Of a stretch of 24,000 bases of DNA, positions 23,764 to 24,000 are shown piece after piece. Position numbers and translations under genes: made by a program. Within the stretch, counting starts at the first letter, position 1. The number at the start of each line of letters is the position of its first letter. The notes under the pieces were generated by a model, which saw only the letters and a list, made by a program, of their open reading frames with translations, was not told the DNA's origin and did no database searches. This DNA is from Psychromonas hadalis ATCC BAA-638 (GTDB taxonomy: Bacteria > Pseudomonadota > Gammaproteobacteria > Enterobacterales > Psychromonadaceae). Location: NCBI RefSeq assembly GCF_000420245.1, contig NZ_ATUO01000002.1, positions 10,628 through 34,627 on the forward strand, read 5' to 3'.

Positions 23764-24000
23764 ATGACTACTCTTTATTTTATGCGTCACGCTGAAAGTG
23801 AGGCAAACCTCTCTAATATTTTAGCTTCACAATTAGACTTTCCTCTAACAGAAAAAGGCAAGCTGGATGCTGCTCAGATAGCACAAGAGGTACTGCAGTT
23901 TCACCCGATAGATCATATTATTAGTTCGCCTCTTATACGTGCTAAACAAACTGCCGCACCTTTTGAAACATTATTTAAATTAACAGCAGATACTGATGCA
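23764..24000 (+). CDS. histidine phosphatase (phosphoglycerate-mutase-like) family protein, 5' part (runs off the right edge)
   Basis: An open frame from ATG 23764 to the window end reads MTTLYFMRHAESEANLSNILASQLDFPLTEKGKLDAAQIAQ...ISSPLIRAKQTA. It has the catalytic RHxE[S/T]xxN motif and the SSPLxRAxQTA motif of the family. Confidence 0.7.
   Translation, partial: MTTLYFMRHAESEANLSNILASQLDFPLTEKGKLDAAQIAQEVLQFHPIDHIISSPLIRAKQTAAPFETLFKLTADTDA

Noticed and set aside
1-24000. Search for CRISPR arrays, tRNA/rRNA genes, integrases, toxin-antitoxin pairs or phage-defence gene clusters
   Set aside because: I found no regularly spaced direct repeats, no cloverleaf-like or rRNA-like segments, and no ORFs with integrase, nuclease or defence-type motifs. 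Apart from the RAYT unit, the lipoprotein and the pseudogene, all genes are housekeeping and in conserved contexts.

Overview
By eye this is AT-rich core chromosome from a gammaproteobacterium. It carries the aroK(tail)-aroB-damX-like-dam-rpe-gph-trpS operon in the same order as E. coli. After it come a stand-alone Ig-like lipoprotein gene and a minus-strand PspA/IM30 cluster (yjfI/yjfJ/yjfK-like genes plus a 112-aa ORF). Next are glnE, a REP-associated tyrosine transposase (RAYT) flanked by two identical long hairpin repeats, an lpxL-family acyltransferase and a membrane sensor diguanylate cyclase. A tightly packed minus-strand string dgkA-dnaB-alr-menC-menE follows, then a decayed secreted-protein pseudogene and the 5' end of a histidine-phosphatase gene. 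I see no rRNA, tRNA, CRISPR array, integrase, prophage or recognisable defence island, and no convincing wholly new multi-gene system. The items most worth a second look are: (1) the trimmed yjfIJK-type PspA cluster, which ends in a predicted tandem ribbon-helix-helix protein and has an internal terminator; (2) the RAYT with its two 61-bp hairpins; (3) the DamX-position protein, which has an ExeA-like P-loop / TM / SPOR architecture; (4) a four-cysteine C-x5-C-x2-C-x4-C-P cluster inside a PAS domain of the diguanylate cyclase. All family assignments come from motifs read in the translations and from remembered synteny. No database search was run.
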